Assembly: GCA_037305845.1 (NCBI GenBank) | Contig: CP147778.1 | Coordinates: forward strand, 3,008,001-3,072,000 | Direction of reading: 5' to 3' | Length of the DNA: 64,000 nucleotides | DNA from: Candidatus Freyarchaeum deiterrae | Lineage (GTDB): Archaea > Asgardarchaeota > Jordiarchaeia > Jordiarchaeales > Jordiarchaeaceae | The notes under the pieces: model-generated | What the model saw: the letters and a program-made list of their open reading frames with translations, nothing else | The model's database searches: none | Told to the model about the DNA's origin: nothing | Position numbers and translations under genes: made by a program | Part shown: one piece after another, positions 62,062 to 64,000 of the stretch | Numbering within the stretch: position 1 is the stretch's first letter | Layout of the letters: every line of letters begins with the position of its first letter

Positions 62062-63030
62062 TTAGTTTTTTGTCATGTTGAGGTGGAAATATTTGGGATC
62101 TATTCCATATATTTTCGATGATGTTTGGAGTTTTTTAATAGTACCTCGGATGGTTTCCCCGTTTTCATGGCCTTTAATCTTCTTAGCAGCATCTAGGGCG
62201 TCCTCAAAATACTTGATCGCATTCATATAGTTTTTCAGCTTAGCATATGTTTCCCCAATTTTTCTAAGAACATCCTCTTCCTGTGTCCGGTTCCCTAATT
62301 CTTGATAGATGTCTAGTGCTTTCTCATAACACATTAGTGCGTCTTCATTATCTTCGAACTCGCTGTACATGTTTCCAATGCCTTGGAGGGCTGCCGCTTC
62401 ACCTTTACGGTTTCCTATCTCTTTCATGACTCTTAACGCTTCAAGGAAAGTTATTAGGGCAGCTGAGTATTTTTCAAGTTTCACATATGCTTTCGCAGCC
62501 CGTAAGAGCATATCCCCCTCAGCTTCAAATTTTCCTAAAGCATGGTTGATTCTCGCTGTTTCTCGGAAGCATCTGAGAGCAGAGGAGTATTTCCCGAATG
62601 TCTCGTATACGGTTCCAATACCGAGGAAAGCTATTTTCTCGTCCTCAAAATCCCCAATATCATGAGCTAGACTTGAAACCCTTTTAAGGCATTTTAGGAC
62701 TGAAGGATAATTGCGCAGTATAAGGTGTATATGACTTATACCCATGAGTGTTTCTATTTCTTCACTAATGTTTCCGGTTTCACTTACTATTTCCAGCTTC
62801 TCTTCGAAGTCCTTCAACGCAGCTTGATAGTCCCCAATCTCATAATGCATCTGACCCATTTCAGTTAACACGTTCCGAACCAAATCGATATTGTTCACCT
62901 GCTTTAAAAGGGGCACAGCTTCGTTTAACAGACAAACTGCTTTACTAATCTCTGAATTACCGTAAGCTTTGAGCCCCTCCTCAACCAATTTTTGGGCCCT
63001 AAGCTCCAGTGAATTGCCTTCTCCTACCAT
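62062..63030 (-). CDS. TPR protein (40-aa repeats)
   Basis: GNRKGEAAALQGIGNMY-type repeats; GAGGAG RBS. Confidence 0.9.
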   Translation of the reverse strand: MVGEGNSLELRAQKLVEEGLKAYGNSEISKAVCLLNEAVPLLKQVNNIDLVRNVLTEMGQMHYEIGDYQAALKDFEEKLEIVSETGNISEEIETLMGISHIHLILRNYPSVLKCLKRVSSLAHDIGDFEDEKIAFLGIGTVYETFGKYSSALRCFRETARINHALGKFEAEGDMLLRAAKAYVKLEKYSAALITFLEALRVMKEIGNRKGEAAALQGIGNMYSEFEDNEDALMCYEKALDIYQELGNRTQEEDVLRKIGETYAKLKNYMNAIKYFEDALDAAKKIKGHENGETIRGTIKKLQTSSKIYGIDPKYFHLNMTKN

Positions 63031-63052
63031 AATTTATCTCCTCATTTCCCAT

Positions 63053-63072
63053 AAGTGGGAATTTTCCCACTT
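63053..63072. promoter_or_regulatory. Perfect 9-bp inverted repeat AAGTGGGAA-TT-TTCCCACTT (candidate operator)
   Basis: Lies between TTTATAAA (about 63092) and the SD of the TPR gene. Confidence 0.55.
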
Positions 63073-63149
63073 TTACACATTTACCCACAAATTTATAAAT
63101 TTTTGCATACTTCTTACGCCTTGTTGCATAATTATTTCTTCTTTCTTTT

Positions 63150-63321
63150 GGCTGGCTTACCGCCTCTGCCCTGCTGGGGTTCTCCGAGAATGGTTTAGCA
63201 GAGCCTGTTGTAAACCGCGACCTTTAAGCCTACTTCCAGGCTGGGCGGCGGGAAGGATTCGAGCCGCCACTGGCTCTCACCCGCTTTGAGAAGCAGGATC
63301 AGCTCCCCGCCTTAACCAGCC
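63150..63321 (-). ncRNA. Candidate structured RNA of about 172 nt, unknown family
   Basis: GC-rich island in AT-rich intergenic DNA. Closing helix GGCUGGUU/AGCCAGCC, plus GGCGGGGA/UUCCCGCC, CCUGCU/AGCGGG, GAGCC/GGCUC, AGCCU/AGGCU, GGUUUA/UAAACC. G-U pairs favour the minus strand. Confidence 0.6.
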
Positions 63322-63668
63322 GGTCACCAACAATTAACATTAAACTCCACTCAAGGGAAAGAAATATTATAGGAGGAAGGAGGAAAACAAGATTTACGAC
63401 CCTTTCGAGGCGGAAGCAAAGGTAAACAGAGCAAATCATGCAACAAGGCAAAGTAAGAGAAAAATTTATATACCTGATAGAAGATAAAAATGGACGCTTC
63501 ACAGTTATCTTGGAAATCGGAAACACGGGGTTTCGGGAGAATAAGTGAGGGGAACCAGACCGCCACGAGCAGCAGCACGCAGAGAGAATCAACCTCTCGT
63601 CAGTATCCGCGGGAGCGCCGAATAACGGCGCAGTGAAAAAGTAAAGTACTTCAAAAAAACTGGTGAGT

Positions 63669-64000
63669 TTGGAGAAATTGAGCCTAAAAAACCGCTTCCA
63701 TAAACAAAAACGAGCATGGCTCTCATTGATGGCGATCTCAATTTTCATGGTGTCACTATACACACCAGTATACCTGTACTCCCAATCCGTTAACAGTTAC
63801 CTTCAATCCCTCCCCCTAAACGGCTACCTGACTCCTAAAAGCAATACGTCGGAAGGGCAGGTGAAAATCGGAACATTATTAATCCTGCTGGACAATCCCG
63901 GAAAGATAGTGACCTGGAACCAGTCAGCAACCATCTCAGCAATATTAATCAACAACCAGACTCTAGAACCAATCCCTCACGAAAACCTAGAACTTTATGT
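63669..64000 (+). CDS. Secreted/surface protein, partial (runs off the window end)
   Basis: Manual translation MEKLSLKNRFHKQKRAWLSLMAISIFMVSLY...; open to the edge; signal-like segment and NxS/T sequons. Start codon uncertain. Confidence 0.7.
   Translation, partial: MEKLSLKNRFHKQKRAWLSLMAISIFMVSLYTPVYLYSQSVNSYLQSLPLNGYLTPKSNTSEGQVKIGTLLILLDNPGKIVTWNQSATISAILINNQTLEPIPHENLELY

Noticed and set aside
63240-63328. tRNA (Sec/Ser/Leu-like) on the minus strand
   Set aside because: The T-arm is mismatched, there is no 7-nt anticodon loop, and the acceptor stem does not fit a cloverleaf. Retained only as an unknown structured RNA.

Overview
Archaeal chromosomal segment, most likely from an Asgard archaeon. 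That assignment is an inference from the Rab-like GTPase, longin/roadblock-wHTH proteins, V4R proteins, a RING domain, GGTGA/GGAGG Shine-Dalgarno sites and the nurA/herA/mre11/rad50 genes. Housekeeping content: a lipid/2-hydroxyacid oxidation cluster (SCP2, Adc-like, FAD oxidoreductase, CCG Fe-S protein), dodecin, a transglutaminase-like protein, an M20 peptidase, the DNA end-resection genes, NAD genes (NrtR, nicotinate PRTase, nadB), SSB, a deaminase, a GNAT, a QueG-like protein, enoyl-CoA hydratase and a nucleoside hydrolase. Most notable: (1) a 1245-aa single-pass surface protein with signal peptide, about 10 Ig-like repeats, a juxtamembrane domain ending in a GPS-like HL/S motif, a TM helix and a cytoplasmic Zn-ribbon plus RING, i.e. 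a candidate self-cleaving adhesion receptor wired to ubiquitin signalling; (2) a roughly 5-kb tandem duplication anchored on the rad50 3' end, carrying two kinase-TPR paralogues, a longin-wHTH-TPR protein, a transposase remnant and a RyR-domain remnant; (3) an expanding repertoire of HEAT and TPR solenoid genes with a constant framework and hypervariable faces, including a triplicated TPR cassette with a different insert in each copy; (4) three NrtR-type GT-N7-AC operators; (5) two candidate structured RNAs. No CRISPR array, rRNA or canonical tRNA was found. All family assignments come from motif recognition by eye, not database searches.
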